Of a stretch of 64,000 nucleotides of DNA, positions 32,101 through 45,250 are shown piece by piece. Within the stretch, counting starts at the first letter, position 1. The number at the start of each line of letters is the position of its first letter. The DNA is taken from positions 25,978,001-26,042,000 of the forward strand of contig CM052825.1 of the NCBI GenBank assembly GCA_028534125.1, read 5' to 3'. A model generated the notes under the pieces. It did no database searches. It was not told where the DNA came from and saw nothing but the letters and a program-made list of their open reading frames with translations. Source of the stretch: Lama glama (taxonomy: Eukaryota). Made by a program: the position numbers and the translations under genes.

Positions 32101-35100
32101 GCAGATGCTAGCCACCCTTGGGCTGGGGCGGGTGGGAGGTGTGCCCACCTTGTCTGTGTGGCCAAGGAAGAGACGCTGCTCCCGGGTGTTGACATGCAGG
32201 ATGACAATGACCGCATGGCAAGGGTACACGACAGCAGCCCCATCCCGGGTCCACAGGGCCTGCATACATAGGCCAGAGGCTGAGGTCACAGGCTGGCTGG
32301 CCTCATCCCCCTACCTCTGCATTCCTCCAAGTCATACACACAGGAGTCAACGGGATGCACACGTGTGTGCACGTTTAGAGCTTCCTCTTAGCCCTGTTTG
32401 CAACATGAGAAATTTTGGGGTGCAGGTAACAAAAGGCCAGAGAGCCTACAAAGACTGAAAGCCCACATCCAGGAGGGCCTGCTGCCCCCGCAGGGACCTG
32501 CAAGTCTCACCCACACCTGAGCCCACATGGCTGGTCTGGATCCTGGCTGGATAACACGCACCAAAGCTTGAAAGGACGTACGAGAGCTCTCAGGTCTCTG
32601 GAAGCTCAAGCATTTGGACCAGCACTGACTCAGTGTTTACAACACAAGGGAACAGATGCCTGCAACTGGAAGTCATCACACTGAGGAAGCACTGAGCATG
32701 TACAGATCTGGGCAGGGATGGGCGTCCACAGCAATGAAGGGAGCCAACACCTGGGGGAACTCAGACGTCCAGTGGGGGTCTTCCCACTGCCCCTCTGCAT
32801 GTCTGACACTTGTAGGACCCAACAGGAGCACGGGACCCCTCACCCATTTGGTGCTGTAACCTCCAAAGCCGATGACCCCCTTGAGCCTCAGAACTGGATC
32901 TGGCAGGAAGCTCTGAAAGAGGTAAACTCACAGTTAGACCCCATGTAGCAAGACCCCTGTCTCACCAAGGCTGCTCCACCCAGAGCTGCTTCCTCCCTCC
33001 CAAGAAAGCCACTAGGTCCTGGTGGCATCTGCCAGCTGCTCTGTGGCAGGAAGCCAAGATGCCAGCCACAGTGCCAGACCCTCTAGTACCCAGGGTCCTG
33101 CCCCAGCCTAGAGCCTGAGATGCCCCCCACAGACCACCTCCTTACTCTTTGTTGAAAGCGATTCTTGCCCACAGCCACCTCTTGTTGGTTCTGCTTTCTG
33201 CCAAGAAACTGAATGAGAAGCAACTGTCACAAGGAACTATCTGGCCCACACATATTCTGGGTACGCTAGGGCCCAGCAGCTCACTATCCATACATCATCA
33301 AATCCCCACCCCCTTGAAGGCACAGCCCAGCCCCCACCTTCCTTAGGACAGGCACCTCACCTCTTGTGAGGTTGTATGTTCTGGGGCTGCAGGCTCCACA
33401 GCAGGCTTATGAGCAGATATGTGAACACTGTCGCCAGCTGCATGTTTGTCAACCCAGGGGAAGGGCTCTTGGCAATGGCCACTAGGGCCACCCACACTGG
33501 AGACCACTGAGCACTCACAGGACAGGGTGACTTCTGGAAGGGGTCTGGGTGCCGAAGGGGCCCAGCGGGACTGCAGAGAGAAAGGTGCCTGTCAGCACCC
33601 TGGGGGCATCACCCCTTGCCACATCTCCCAAGGCAAAGGGTACTCACGGCTGTAGGGCCAAGCTTCTGGACCTTGAAGGACACACTGTCCTGTACTTGCT
33701 TGCTGAAGGCCACCGGATGAGGAAGAAGCTGCGGCACATGCCCCGGTAAGACTACAATGCAGAAGGGACCGCAAAGCTCACTGAGGAGAGTGCAGACAGG
33801 CCTGCGAGAATGGGGCCACAAGGCACTGGGAAGGAAGGCAGCAGTGGGCCCCAGCCTTGCCCACTTGCAAGAGGAAAGCCACATCAACTGCTGTAGCCCA
33901 CCACCCTACCCTGGGCCCCAGCACCCCTTCCCAGATGGAAAGTTTGAGGCCACTAGGTGCCCTAATCAGACCCTCCCACACTGCTCTGGGACTTTGGGAC
34001 AGCCTCCCTTGCAAGCACCACTCTGCTGAGTTCACCTCCCCAGATGCAGCATCAGGCCTCCCTCTCCCACTGAGCTCCATGGGCCCTGCAGGCCTGAACC
34101 TAGGTCCCCAGTGGCCCCACAGGCCCACCTGCCTCAGGAAGGGAACAGCTCTTCTGAACTGGTTCGGAGAATGGTTCTGAGCTGTCACTTGGAAACCTTG
34201 GCAGGGTGGAGGGAGAGTCAGTTCCCAGGGACCACCCTGCCCTCCCTGCACCCAGCCTCCCTCAGAACAAGCAGAGCCGCTCACCGGATGTGAATGTAGT
34301 GGTCATGCCACCTCTCCCCTTTTGGCACTGGGAATGCCATTTCTCGAGGTACAGGGGTGACAGGCAGCTTTGCCCTCCGGGCTTCAGCAATGGTGACAGC
34401 TACGAAAAGTGGAGTTTTTCCAGGTCCAGGGAAGCCCACCCAGCTCACTTTCCCAGCCCAGGCAAGACTCGACACCGGGTGCTGGCAGGGTATTGCTCAG
34501 CCACCGGCCCAGCCACCACCTTCCTCAATGGGTGCCTTGGGAGCTAGGAGGCTCCAAGGTGGTATTTCATCAAGTATCAGGGATGTGGACCCCTTCTGGG
34601 CTGAGAACCTGGGGGGAAGGAGGGTGGGGAGGCCAACATACAGAGAGTCACTGGAGCAGGCGGGTGGCAGGCTAAACACAGGGCGTGGAGGGTAGCCCGT
34701 ACCTGGGTCAAAGCACAGGTCACTGGTGTAGAGGTTCCTAACTAGCAGGTTGGCACACAGCCTGATGCTCTTGAGGTGACTGTAGCACCGGTTCAGGTAG
34801 ACCAGGAGGATGTCATGCAGGTCGAGCTGCAGGCAGGTCCAGCGGGTACCGGCAGGGATCATACCTGCCAGGTCTACAGGACACAAACCGAGGTCAGCGT
34901 CTACTCTTTCACCAGCCAGCCCACAGCACTCTCTGTCCTTGGCCTGGCCCTACGTCTATGGACACAGCCACCTGCCCCCCAACCCAGGCTGCCCCTGGCC
35001 ATTCAAGAGGGAGCCTGCCCCACCGCCCCCTGGGCTTTCTAGCTGCCTGTCTCAGACCGTCTGTGTCCCATTCATGCCCTATCGGTGTATTACCTTTCCT

Positions 35101-35908
35101 GGACCTCCCAGCCTCAAAGATAAAAGGGAACTGAAGCCACGTGGCTGTTGATTTGAATTCTTTGAAGAGATTGGAGAAGGACACTCGGATGACCTGACTG
35201 TCCTGTGGGGACACAATACAGCCGTGAAAAGTTTAGGCAACAGTAGTGCAGGGTCCCCAGAGGCAGCCCCTGCTCCCCAGCTTAGCACCTCAGTGGACAC
35301 ATCCAGGTGAATGATGAAGTGCTTGGTGGGCAAGGGCCGAAAGAGCACGTACAGGTATCGTCCTGTCAGCCCCAGTGACTGAGTGCTGGTTTTGGGGAGC
35401 TGGATGTAATTGCCAGCAGAAACAGAGCCCCGAACTCGATACACGGTGCACTTCAGGGTCTTGTCCTGGAGAGAGACATGAGAGGCGCGGTGTCCCGAAG
35501 AGACCTAGGGAGCGCCAGGGGAGATGCAGCAAAGCGTCCCAGGAGAGGAGGCCTCCGGCTCCCGCTGCCAGGTGTCCTGGCCCACATACCGTCACGGGCG
35601 CCACGTCGCCCTCCTTAGTGGACCGCTTCCACTCATCCACCTTGAAGTGTCTGAAGACGTTGAGGAACGGGTGCTGCCACGCTGGGGGATACGGAGACAT
35701 GACGACCTGCTCCCAGGTGCCAGACCCATCAAGGGACCAGGGAGGGGCTGGGGCAGGGTCTGCGCGCTCCCCAGCGATGACAGCAAGCACAGCGCGCGTA
35801 CTGGGCTCCGCACAAGTCTCTGCACCAGCCTGTCCGCGGCAGCGCCGGACCTCGGACCCTAGACCCCGGCCCCCAGCCCGCCAGCCGCGCGCCGTTACCT
35901 CGCGCCAT
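20114..35908 (-). CDS. WDR90: WD repeat-containing protein 90 (POC16; N-terminal DUF667/CFAP20-like domain plus many WD40 repeats), ~40 exons
   Basis: MAR/AWQHPFLNVFRHFKVDEWKRS; GNYIQLPKTSTQSLGLTGRYLYVLFRP; LKAVVGYNGNGRANMVWRPDTG; ends LLFTVAHNEILVWEVMSH*; minus-strand AATAAA at 19866-19871. Confidence 0.95.
22695..23076 (+). mobile_element. Degenerate L1M(B)-type 3' fragment in a WDR90 intron
   Basis: tagcaataaaaaggag...gaccttgaaaacatgatg...agtgagaaaagccagac...tgccagggg...aattatacttcaatataaagctgtt plus A-rich tail. Confidence 0.75.
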
Positions 35909-36260
35909 GGCGCCGCCGCTCGCGCTTCCCGCCTCTGACGCCGCGCTCCCGACGCAAAGCACGCAGCGTGCGCCTAGCAACGGCCGCCTAGCAACGGCGC
36001 CACTTCTGCCGTCACGGCGCAGGGCACGTGACCGCGCCTCAGGGGCGGGGCCTGGCGCGTGACCCGACAGGACAGGGTGACACGTGACCGCGCGGCGGCG
36101 AAGGGGGGGGTTGGCTTGGCACGTGACCGCAGCGGGGCTGGACCGGACACGTGACTACGCAGCGGGCGGAACATCCTCCTCACCTGCAGCGTCCCGGGAC
36201 GCCCCAGGACCTTGGCAGGCCACTACCTCTCCGCTACCGGAAGGTGCCTCTGCCGCCTGG
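35740..36260. promoter_or_regulatory. CpG island / WDR90 promoter with tandem RFX-type motifs and four CACGTGAC E-boxes
   Basis: CGCCTAGCAACGGC x2 at 35971-35998; CACGTGAC at 36025, 36081, 36120, 36148. Confidence 0.8.
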
Positions 36261-37284
36261 CCTCTGCAGCCAGTCCCAAGCCGGGACCCCGTGGGGAGGC
36301 TCCTGCACGACCCGCTGTGGGACCCAGAGACGTTCCTAACTCTCTGTGGGGCCCATCTTTATATTGGGAATGAGACGCACTCCAAAAACTGTGGGCTGCG
36401 CTTGGCAGGGGTCGTTCCACACCTACCCTGTTTCCTAGCTCTCTATAGGCAGCGTCCACAATAGGGGTACTAACACTTCATCCTGTGTCAACCGCACCCA
36501 AAGGTCACCTTGCCCCCCAGGCAAAGCAGTATCCCACAGGACCCCAAGGGCTCCCTCCCAACCTGCGGGACAGCTTCACCCACTGTCCCACAGCCAGACC
36601 TGGGGGATTCAGAGTCAGCACCAGGCATTTCTGAGACCTGGCCCCCATCCTGGGTAACTAGGACCCCATCCCAGGACCAGTTATGTAACATCTCTCCCAT
36701 CTTGAGGCCAGGTTCAGACACTTGCCAATGCCAACAAGAGGAGGAAGGGGAAGTGGGTGTCAGGTGGGGCAGGGTGGTGTCCACAGGCTTCCATACAAAA
36801 TGACCTGGTCCAGAACACAGGAGGTCTGGGTAAGAGGCCAAAGGCCAGAGTTGGACAAAACTTAAGCCTTGGGGAGATGAGGCCTCAAGGGAAGTTTGGG
36901 CTGGACCTGGTACTGGGACACAATGGGCCTCCCATCCCCCCTACCAAGTAAAGGTTTCTCCCTAAGGGCAGTTTCTTAACTTTATTAGCCTGGAGCTCCT
37001 CCCCACCAGCCCCACGGGCTGGTCCCCGGGCACAGTGAGCAGGACTGAGGTCAGTCAGGTTCAGCCCCTGGTCCCTGGCAGCCTGGAACAGCTGGGCCAA
37101 GGGGTCAGCAAGTGCAAAAGTCCAAATGCTGGCACTTCAGGTGTGGCTGGCGCCTGGCCAGGCCCAGAGTGAAGCACGGCCTGCCGCCGTGGGTAGACAG
37201 GGCACCGTGGTCCTCTCCTGGCAGAGGGTCCAGCGTGGGGCAGGGCCAGGCCCTGCACAGGCAGCATTCCTTCTGAGGCTGCGA

Positions 37285-40200
37285 CTAGGAACAGTTGGTG
37301 ATTCTGGCCAGGAACTGCTGTGCCCACCACTCATCCAGGTCAATGGGCACGAAGTCTGTGGGAGAGTAAAAGGCTGGGTGGTGATGCACCTCCCAGACTA
37401 CCAGCATCCCTCCAGCCCCACCCTCTTGAGCTGACCACAGGTACATCCCCCAGACCACAAATGTAGCAGACACTGGGAAGAATCAGGTCAGGCTCTAGTC
37501 CTCTTCCCGATCCCCTGGGATTAAAGCCTGGCTGAGCCCAGGTCAGGGTTGGAGGAGGTGGAGGGGACTCCCTGAGGACGGGGGAGGGCTCACTCTGCAG
37601 TCGGGGGTTGGGAGTCTTCTCCACATACTGCACAGGCCTCGGCCCACTCTCACCGGCTGGGCCACCACCCAGCTGCTGCTCCACTTGCTGCCAGGCTGTG
37701 GGGAGAAGATGGTCAGGCTGAGCCAGGCCCCTGGCACCCTGTCTCCCGCCCCAGGGCCTGGTGGCCACCCTGGACCCCAGCCCAGAACTGGGAGTGGGCA
37801 GCCTGCTGGGTAGATAAACAGGCCAACAGCCTAGGAACAGCCCAGCTCTCTGGCCACTTCGAGTCAGGTTACAGTGGGAAGAGGACGAGTAGTCCAGGCC
37901 ACAGCCTCGGACCTCAACACTACCTTCGGACACAAACCGGACGTTCTCCTCGTGGGCCAGTGTGTAGGTCTCCTGGGTACCCTCGAGGGATGGGGATGTG
38001 GCAGGGGGCCGCCGGCCATTCACCCGATTGAACACAAGCCTCGGCCCTGGACTGCAGAAAGGGGGAGGAGACGGTCAGCAACTGTTCCAAGCCAGGTGCT
38101 ACCTGGCAGAGCTCCGGGAGAAGCCTCAGGCCACACCCACCACCCCTTGGCCAAGCTCAACCTGGGCACTTCCCTGAACCCCAGGGAAGCTACATGCACA
38201 GACAGTAGCCCAGGCCTTTCCCCTGCAAGCCTGTGCCCCCAGCAGCTCGGCTCATACCTGCAGCCCCCAGCCCTGAGGCAGGCCCAAGACTGCAGGTGAG
38301 GGTGCGGGGAGCTCTGTGTCCCAGATCCCTAGCAGAGTTCTGGACTCAAGGCACATAGGCTGCCTCCCAAGGGTCTCTCAGGGACCCCCATGGCCACTTG
38401 CCTCCCACCTCCCCTGGACCAGCCAGGCCCCCAGCAGCCCAGGTTCTGCCCTGAGTCACCTGGCCCCACCCCAACCACCAAGCACAGTTCTTGGTCCTTT
38501 CTCCCCAACAGAAGCCTCTCCATCTCACGATACCCCCAATGTGGGAGGAAGCTCCCAAGCAAAAGCTGGTGGCCTTTGCCATTCCCTCTCCTGGCTGCCC
38601 CAGGCCCCGCAGGGAAGAGCCCCAAGGGACAGCTCTGGTCTGGCCCAACAGCATCAAGTGCAAAGTGGGCCATCCTGAATGGGGAGGGTGTGACTGCAAC
38701 CCTGGCCCATCCCTGCAGGCCCCAGACAAGGGGCTATTCTCTTGCTCACAGGGGCAGGAATGCTGAGTGAGGAGATGGTCCTGGGTGCTGGAGCTAAGCC
38801 TGGTGGGCATTCAATGTCTAGGTGGCCACTGGGCCCATCCCAGCCAGCCAGGCCCAGGGCATTGATGGGCTGCCCTGGCTGGTGGCACCTGGCCCAGCCC
38901 TATACACATGAAGCTCGGGATAGGGCCATGGAGGGAACAGGGCCCACACCTACAGCAGGAGGTGGGAGCCGGGAGTCCTGGGCTGCACGTGCCACTCCGC
39001 CAGGCACTCGCGGTCCCGCCGGCCTGCTCGCCATCCTGGGCTCAGGTGCCCCACCGCCGCTCGGGGTTCCTCCTCAGTTGAGAGGGGCACTAAAATAAAG
39101 AGGAGCATCTTGAGGGGCACCGGTCCCACCAGCTCCAGGCTGACAGGGTCGTGGCCATAGAGAATGTAGAGGGGCAGGGCTCCTCTCAGGCCTGAGTTGC
39201 CCTCAACTGGGACGGCCCCTCACCTGCTCCCTCAATCCCTGCAAGGCCGTGAACTCTAGGAAAATTTGGAGACCAGAGATCATAAAAGGGAAAAAAGGAA
39301 GACTTAGGGCCAAGAGCTATGAATCACAAGGACCTAGATGGTGTCCTGGAGGGGGCTGAGAAGGGGCCCCAGCAGGCAGGCACATGCCCAACGCCGGCTG
39401 GTAGTTACATAAGGCTACTCTGCGAGCCCTCTAGGGGAAAGGGCACGGCTCTTATGTGCACCTTCAGAGGAACACCACCTCCCACCCTGTTCTGCGCCAG
39501 CTCCCAGGGACACTATTAGCCCCATCCCACAGCACCCCAGTCCCTGCTCAGTGCCAAGAGGGGCATTCTCTGACTTAATTTGCTTCACTACCCACCAAGG
39601 TAGACCACTGGGCTCCCAGGAACTGGGCTCAACAGGAAAGTGACCTCTCCAAGGTCACCTGTGGTGACTGGATGGCAGTATCAGAACTTAACTGTATGCT
39701 TATCTGACCCCAAAGCCTACAACCCAGTAGAGCTTCCAAGCCCCCTTCCCTACCAGCCCATGTGCCCATCTTTCCCCACACCATCAGGTGGTCACATGGC
39801 CCCAGGTATCTTCTCCCAGAGAGTTTATATCGACTCTGTTCATCTTTCTCTCGCTGGGAGCGAGAGCTCATCAGAGGTACAGATTCGTGTGGCCTGTTGA
39901 GTGGCACCCAGACCTGTACCCAACCAGAACCTGAGCGTTGGTGGTGCACCAAGCACTCCCTTCTTCGCGGGCAAGTCTGGGTGAAGTGATTTTAGAGGGT
40001 GGTCCCCTGAGAAGGTTCAGGAGTTGGGGTGGGGGCTCCCCCTTGTGGAGGACCTGCTGGGGGCAGCTTAGGGAAGGGGGTGTGACCTCAGCAGGAAGAG
40101 GGGACCTGTCTCGTAGCTCCTCTGCAGCTAGCAGGACACAGCACCACACAGGACTGTGGCAGGCTGTGGGGCCAAGCACCAGCACCCCAATCCCTGGGAC

Positions 40201-41910
40201 CTGGCTGGCTGCAGCAACTTAAGGGCTCTGCACAACTTTTCCCACCTCTCTCCCCAGCACCCTGACCCTGCCACAGATGCACCCTGCCTTCCCCATTCCC
40301 CAGCAAAGGAGCTGTGGAGAAGAAGGCAATGGGTTTCTCCAGGTAAAAGAGTGGGAGGCTCCCTGACTGGGTGACCAGGGTGGCTACACGCCTATGCCTT
40401 GTTCCCTCCCCTGGGAGGTAGGGTGTCTGTGAGGACCAAGTCTGATGTCACAGGGCAGTGTCACAGCACAGCCCCGGTCCTGGGTAGTATTTCCCAAAGT
40501 CCCACTCACCTCCCTTCCCAGGAGGCACCTGTGGCTGGCCTAGAAACTTTTCTTCCCTAGGACCAGCCTCAAAGTGTCAACATGCTCCCTGCAGGAGGCC
40601 CCTGGGAAGGGCCTCAGCCTGGAAGGGTCCCAACACACCTGTAGCATCTTGAGCGGGGCATAAATAATGAGGGGGAAGGGAACAGCACACTGCCCCTAAC
40701 CTCCTGGCCAGCCTTGGAAGCTGTCTGTCCTCGACTTGGGAAGTTGTACCAAGGCTGCCTCAGCGCTGCCTCACGGGCCCTAAGTCTGCTGCCTCCAACC
40801 ACCCACAGGCAGGAGGCAGGAGTCCTCAGGCCTGGGTGGGCTTGGTCCAAAGCCCTGGGCCCAGGACTTGCACAGAATAAGTGAAACCAGAGGCCAGGGC
40901 CTGAGCCAAAAAGTTAAAGGTTAAGCCTAGGAGGATGAGGGATCTGACCTCCAGGTCACAGTCACTTGGAGGCGTAAGTGGTTGGACTGAGATTCCTACA
41001 GCAAAATTGGTCAGAAAAGGTAGAAAACCCACAACTCCAGCAACCCCTGAGCATCTGCGGGGGGTCTCTGCACCCAGCCAGGGTGTTTGGGGTGAAGGGC
41101 AGGAGAGCAGTGGCCTGGCAGGGCCAGAGGGAACCACGTGCAGTTCTCCCCCAGCTGCTCTGCAAGCGCAGGGTTGGCAGCCTCCCGCTGCGGGCAGAGG
41201 TAGGCTTCCTGTGGGCCAGGGCCAGAGCCAGTTCCTGGGCCACCTTGCTACCGCCCTCCAGGGCGAATCCCCGGCAGCTCATCTCAAACCTTGGCCCTCG
41301 CAGCCCAAGGTCGGCCAGGGCACCTGACTCAGCCGCCTGGAGCCCCTCCGAGCCAGTCGGCTTTCTCTCGTCTTAGGGTCCGCGGGGGTACCACAGGGCT
41401 CGGAGGGGTATCCGGCCCAGGCCCCTCCGACCTAGCAAGGCGCCAGGTGAGGCGGAAACGCGAAGGTGGGGAGGCTAAGCTGCACACGCGTGCGGGGTCG
41501 GCGCGCCCCGCCCCCTCCGTGCCTGCCCGAAGCATGTGGCTAACCTTTCCTCAAGGTCACCCTCCAGGCCCCACGGCGGCCGGAGAGGGAAGAGAGGGGA
41601 GGGGAGGGCCAGTCTCCAGCCGGGGTCAGGCGTCTCACCTCGACAGGGGCCAGGGTCCCGGCGGCTGCGCCCGTGGGGGCTGCGGGGTCGACGGCGCGGG
41701 ATGCCGGCATTTCAGGAGCTCTCCGAGTCTGCTCTCCACCTGCTGCTGCGTGGGACCTGCGGGCACCGGGAGGGCGCTTCAGCCGCCGCCGCGCCGGGGG
41801 AGGGGACCGCGTGCGGACCCCGGCAGGCCCTCCCTGCCCTGCCGGCCCCTCTGCGCACCTGTGCGGCGCTGCGCGACCAGCTTGCTGGGTCCCTTGGTGA
41901 TGGTGTACAT
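37285..41910 (-). CDS. MCRIP2: MAPK-regulated corepressor-interacting protein 2 (FAM195A)
   Basis: MYTITKGPSKLVAQRRTG / PTQQQVESRLGELLKCR / VFNRVNGRR...HEENVRFVSE / AWQQV...PVQYVEKTPNPRLQ / FVPIDLDEWWAQQFLARITNCS*. Confidence 0.96.
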
Positions 41911-42330
41911 GGTGTGGAGGGGCCGTAGCGCGCCCTCGCCCTCACCCTCCCCGCCCGCCGGCCCGCGGCCAGATTCCGCGCCCTCCGCCCGGCTGGCACT
42001 TGGCGGGCGCCGAGGGCGCGGCCCCTTTAACGGGCGGCCGGAGTCTCGGGGAGGGGGCGGGCCCGTCACACACCCCCGGACCTTAAAGGGCCCGCGCCGA
42101 GGCACGCAGCAAGAGTGGCGCTTGGGCCTTTGGGAAGGTGGCTGGACCTGCGGCGCGGCCCGAGGCTGGGGCGGGGCGGCAGCAAACGGCGCCCGCCCCT
42201 CGGGCTCAAGGCCAAGGCCAAGGCAGTTCCCTAAGGCCCTAGCCGCCTGTCGGCCACCGGAGGCTAGGCGAGCCAGGGGAACCCAGACGTGGCGAGGCTC
42301 CTCCAGCCCAGGCCGTCCTGGAGTCGGCAG
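41400..42330. promoter_or_regulatory. CpG island / MCRIP2 promoter
   Basis: CpG-rich region over exons 1-2. Confidence 0.75.
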
Positions 42331-44849
42331 TGATGTCAAAGGAGCCAAGGCGTTGACAGAAGCTGGGGGTGCTCTTTGCGGACCCTAGAAGCAAGGGTGT
42401 TTCCACGCACCTCTGAAATCCTCCGCCAAGATGCCTGGGCCAGTGTGAGGGTTCACTCTTATGGGACTTAGGGAGTCAGAGATGAGAAAAAGGCAGTTTA
42501 GCTCCCTGGGTTTGGACAGAGATGTGAGACCCTGGGAATCTCCTTGTCACCCTGTGGGACAGGAGCAGTTACTGCATTCTGCTGCATTTCAGCGTCCCAT
42601 GCTGATGTGCTCCCCCAACCCCAGGGAGGCAGGGGGCCCCTTACCAGTCCAGGCGCAGCACAGGGACTGGATCCTGTGGTTGGAGAAGGTGGATGAGAAG
42701 ACCCAGCTTGCTTATGTCATCCCAAAGGGGAGAAAGAGCACTTATTCCTCCCAACCCCCAGGCCATAGGATGAGTCACCTACTGCAGTGACAGTGCCTCA
42801 AGACCATTGTCTGTGATGCCCATCGACCATGACCCCCAGGGAGCTGGGTGACCATGACCCCAGGGAACTGGGAGGCCCAGGGAGGAGGGGCGGCTGGGCC
42901 ATTGAGCCCTAATCAGCCAGGTAGCCCCTTCAGGCAGGCTCTACCCACAGGGTTCCTTCTTGAGAATTAGATGGAGGTATGCCCCTTCTTCCCAGCTCCC
43001 TGGCTGCCCCAAGCTGGAGTGGAGGGGGAGTCACAGCAGCCTGGGTTTGGAGGAGGGGGAGCCACAGCACACTTGGATTTGTGAGCCTGAGGGCCTTGTG
43101 GGTTTTGCGGGAGGCACCCATCCTCCCTGTAGTTGAGTTAAGTCCCTAAGGCCAAAAAGAAAAAAACTCTGCCCAGAGTTATCCAGGGGTTGTGGCATCT
43201 GCCTCGAGGCTAGTGGAGACAACTTTGTGCCCTGGGCTCCTGCGCTGCTCCCACAGGTATCGGAGGAGACTGTTGGACCAGCACCAGAGTCTGGGCTCTG
43301 TCTCCACCTGGGAGCCACAGCCCAGTGAGGCTTGGAGCAAACTAGCCCAGCTTCCCCAACACCGTATCTTCAGAGCAGGCCTTGCTTGTGTAGTGTCCAA
43401 ACAAGCACAGTACATGGAGAGGAGCGAGGGGTGGCTCCTGGCAGGGTAGGGGGTGGGGGAAACCAGCAGGAGGAACCCCTCACCCTACCTGCTCTGTGCT
43501 GTGTTCCTACCAGGCTACGCCATGCACCTGTGTGGGTGGCAGGGGTGACTGAGCCTGCTTGGGCACCTTCAGGGAAGCCTGCATTCCAGGGGTGGCTTAG
43601 CTGTCCTTCCTCTCATCTGCACCCCCCTCCTCATAGCCCCTTGGCTCTAAGTACTGTCCTACTCAAGGCCGAAGAATAAGGCCCCCCTCTTCCCCAGCTG
43701 CTCCCTCTGCGGGGCCAGGCTGGGCTAGGCCTGTGACCCTGAGAGGGGAGAGCATGTTCAGGAAGTCCAGGCCTGAGCAGCCCCCCAACAAGCTAGCCCC
43801 TCCCTGACCTGCCTTTCCACCCGAGGTGCCCATCCCTCTCCCTCTCCCCAGCCATGTCGAGGCCAGCACAGTCCTCTATCAATCTGTACTGGCTGCCCTG
43901 GCCCCCTGGTGGCCTCAAGCATAATGCTAACTCAGTATTGCTGAGGAGACCCCACAGGGTGAGGGGTCTGGTGTGGGGGGCCTGTGTCCTGAGAGCACGT
44001 GTTCCTGGCAGGCCCTGGGGTGGGGGAGTACCACTCCCCCAAGCTGATAGGAGCTGAGAGCTCCTCCTCTCCCAGGCACCGTTCTCAGGCCAGCATGGAG
44101 AAGGCGAAGGACAGGGCCTGTTGGTGGGCGGACAGGCCTGGCCTTTGCTTAAGTCTTCTGGTGGCTAAGGCTGCAAGGCCCTAATATCCCAGCCCTGCCA
44201 GTGGGCCTTGTCTAAGGTCAAATGTTGGGTCCAGAGCCTTTGGAAGGACTCCCAGGAAAGAGCAGCCAAACATGAGTGGTCCTGATAGGCATGAGGGGAG
44301 GAGGTACAGGACAGGTTGGGGACAGTTGGGGTTGGGGGGTGAGAGAACCCAGTGGTCCCTAAGAGACACTGAGCCAGTGCAAGGGTTATCCATAGTGAAG
44401 GAAACCCAGGTTGTGGGGGACAGACAGCAAAGCCCTGGCACTTGGAGGGGAGGAGAGGGGTGGGGCTGATCTCCCTGTGAGGGGCCTTCCCAGCCTCACT
44501 GCTCCCAGGACCCAACTGAGCACCAGACCTGCCTTGGCCTGGGGAGAGCGCCCCCAAGGGGTCAGGGTCCGAATGGGCCAGCTGCCATGAGTTCAGCTGG
44601 GATCTCCTGGTAGGGTCGGAATCTTGGTCAGCCTGGCTTTACCTGGACTACACTGTCCATCATGGCAGTCAGCGTGCAAAGTCCTAGTAGAGACAGCATT
44701 TTGCAGCCAGCAACGTTCCCTGTTGTCAGAGAGGCTGGGAACCCATCCAAGAGTTAGAGTCAGGGGCAGTTGGACAGGAGGGAAGGGCCCTCCCCCAGCA
44801 GAAATAATGGTTGTCATGGTAAGGGAAGGCCTTTACCTCACAGACCCCA

Positions 44850-45250
44850 GTTATCATAATAACCTCAGCATGTGACCTTCTTTAGAGTAATGATCTTTGC
44901 AGATATAATTAAAATACAGATTTTGAAATAGGCTCATCCTAGATTAGGATAGGCCCTAAATCCAGTGATGATCATCCTTGTAAGAGAAAGGAGGGCTGTT
45001 TGGACACAGAGAGACACAGAGAAGACCAGGTGAAGACAGGCAGAAACTGCAGTGAGGTGGCCACAAGCCCAGAAACTCCTGGAGCCCCCAGAAGCTGGCA
45101 GTGGTAGGAAGGATCTCCCTGTAGGGCCACTGGAGGGAGCTGACATCTTTATTTTGGACTTCTGGCCTCCAGAACAGTAAGAAAATAAATTTTTGTTTTA
45201 AGCCACCAAGCATGAGGGTAATTTGTTACAGTAGCTCTAGGAAATTAACA
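44850..45250 (+). mobile_element. MaLR solo LTR (MLT1-type)
   Basis: atgtgacctt...tttgcagatataattaa...ggccctaaatcca...cccagaagctgg...ggacttctggcctccagaac...aataaatttttgttttaagccacc...tttgttacagtagc...aaattaaca. Confidence 0.85.

Noticed and set aside
41291-42388. 365-aa plus-strand ORF antisense to MCRIP2 exons 1-2
   Set aside because: G/R/P/A-rich low-complexity translation of a CpG island with a non-ATG start and no domain; stop-codon depletion explains it
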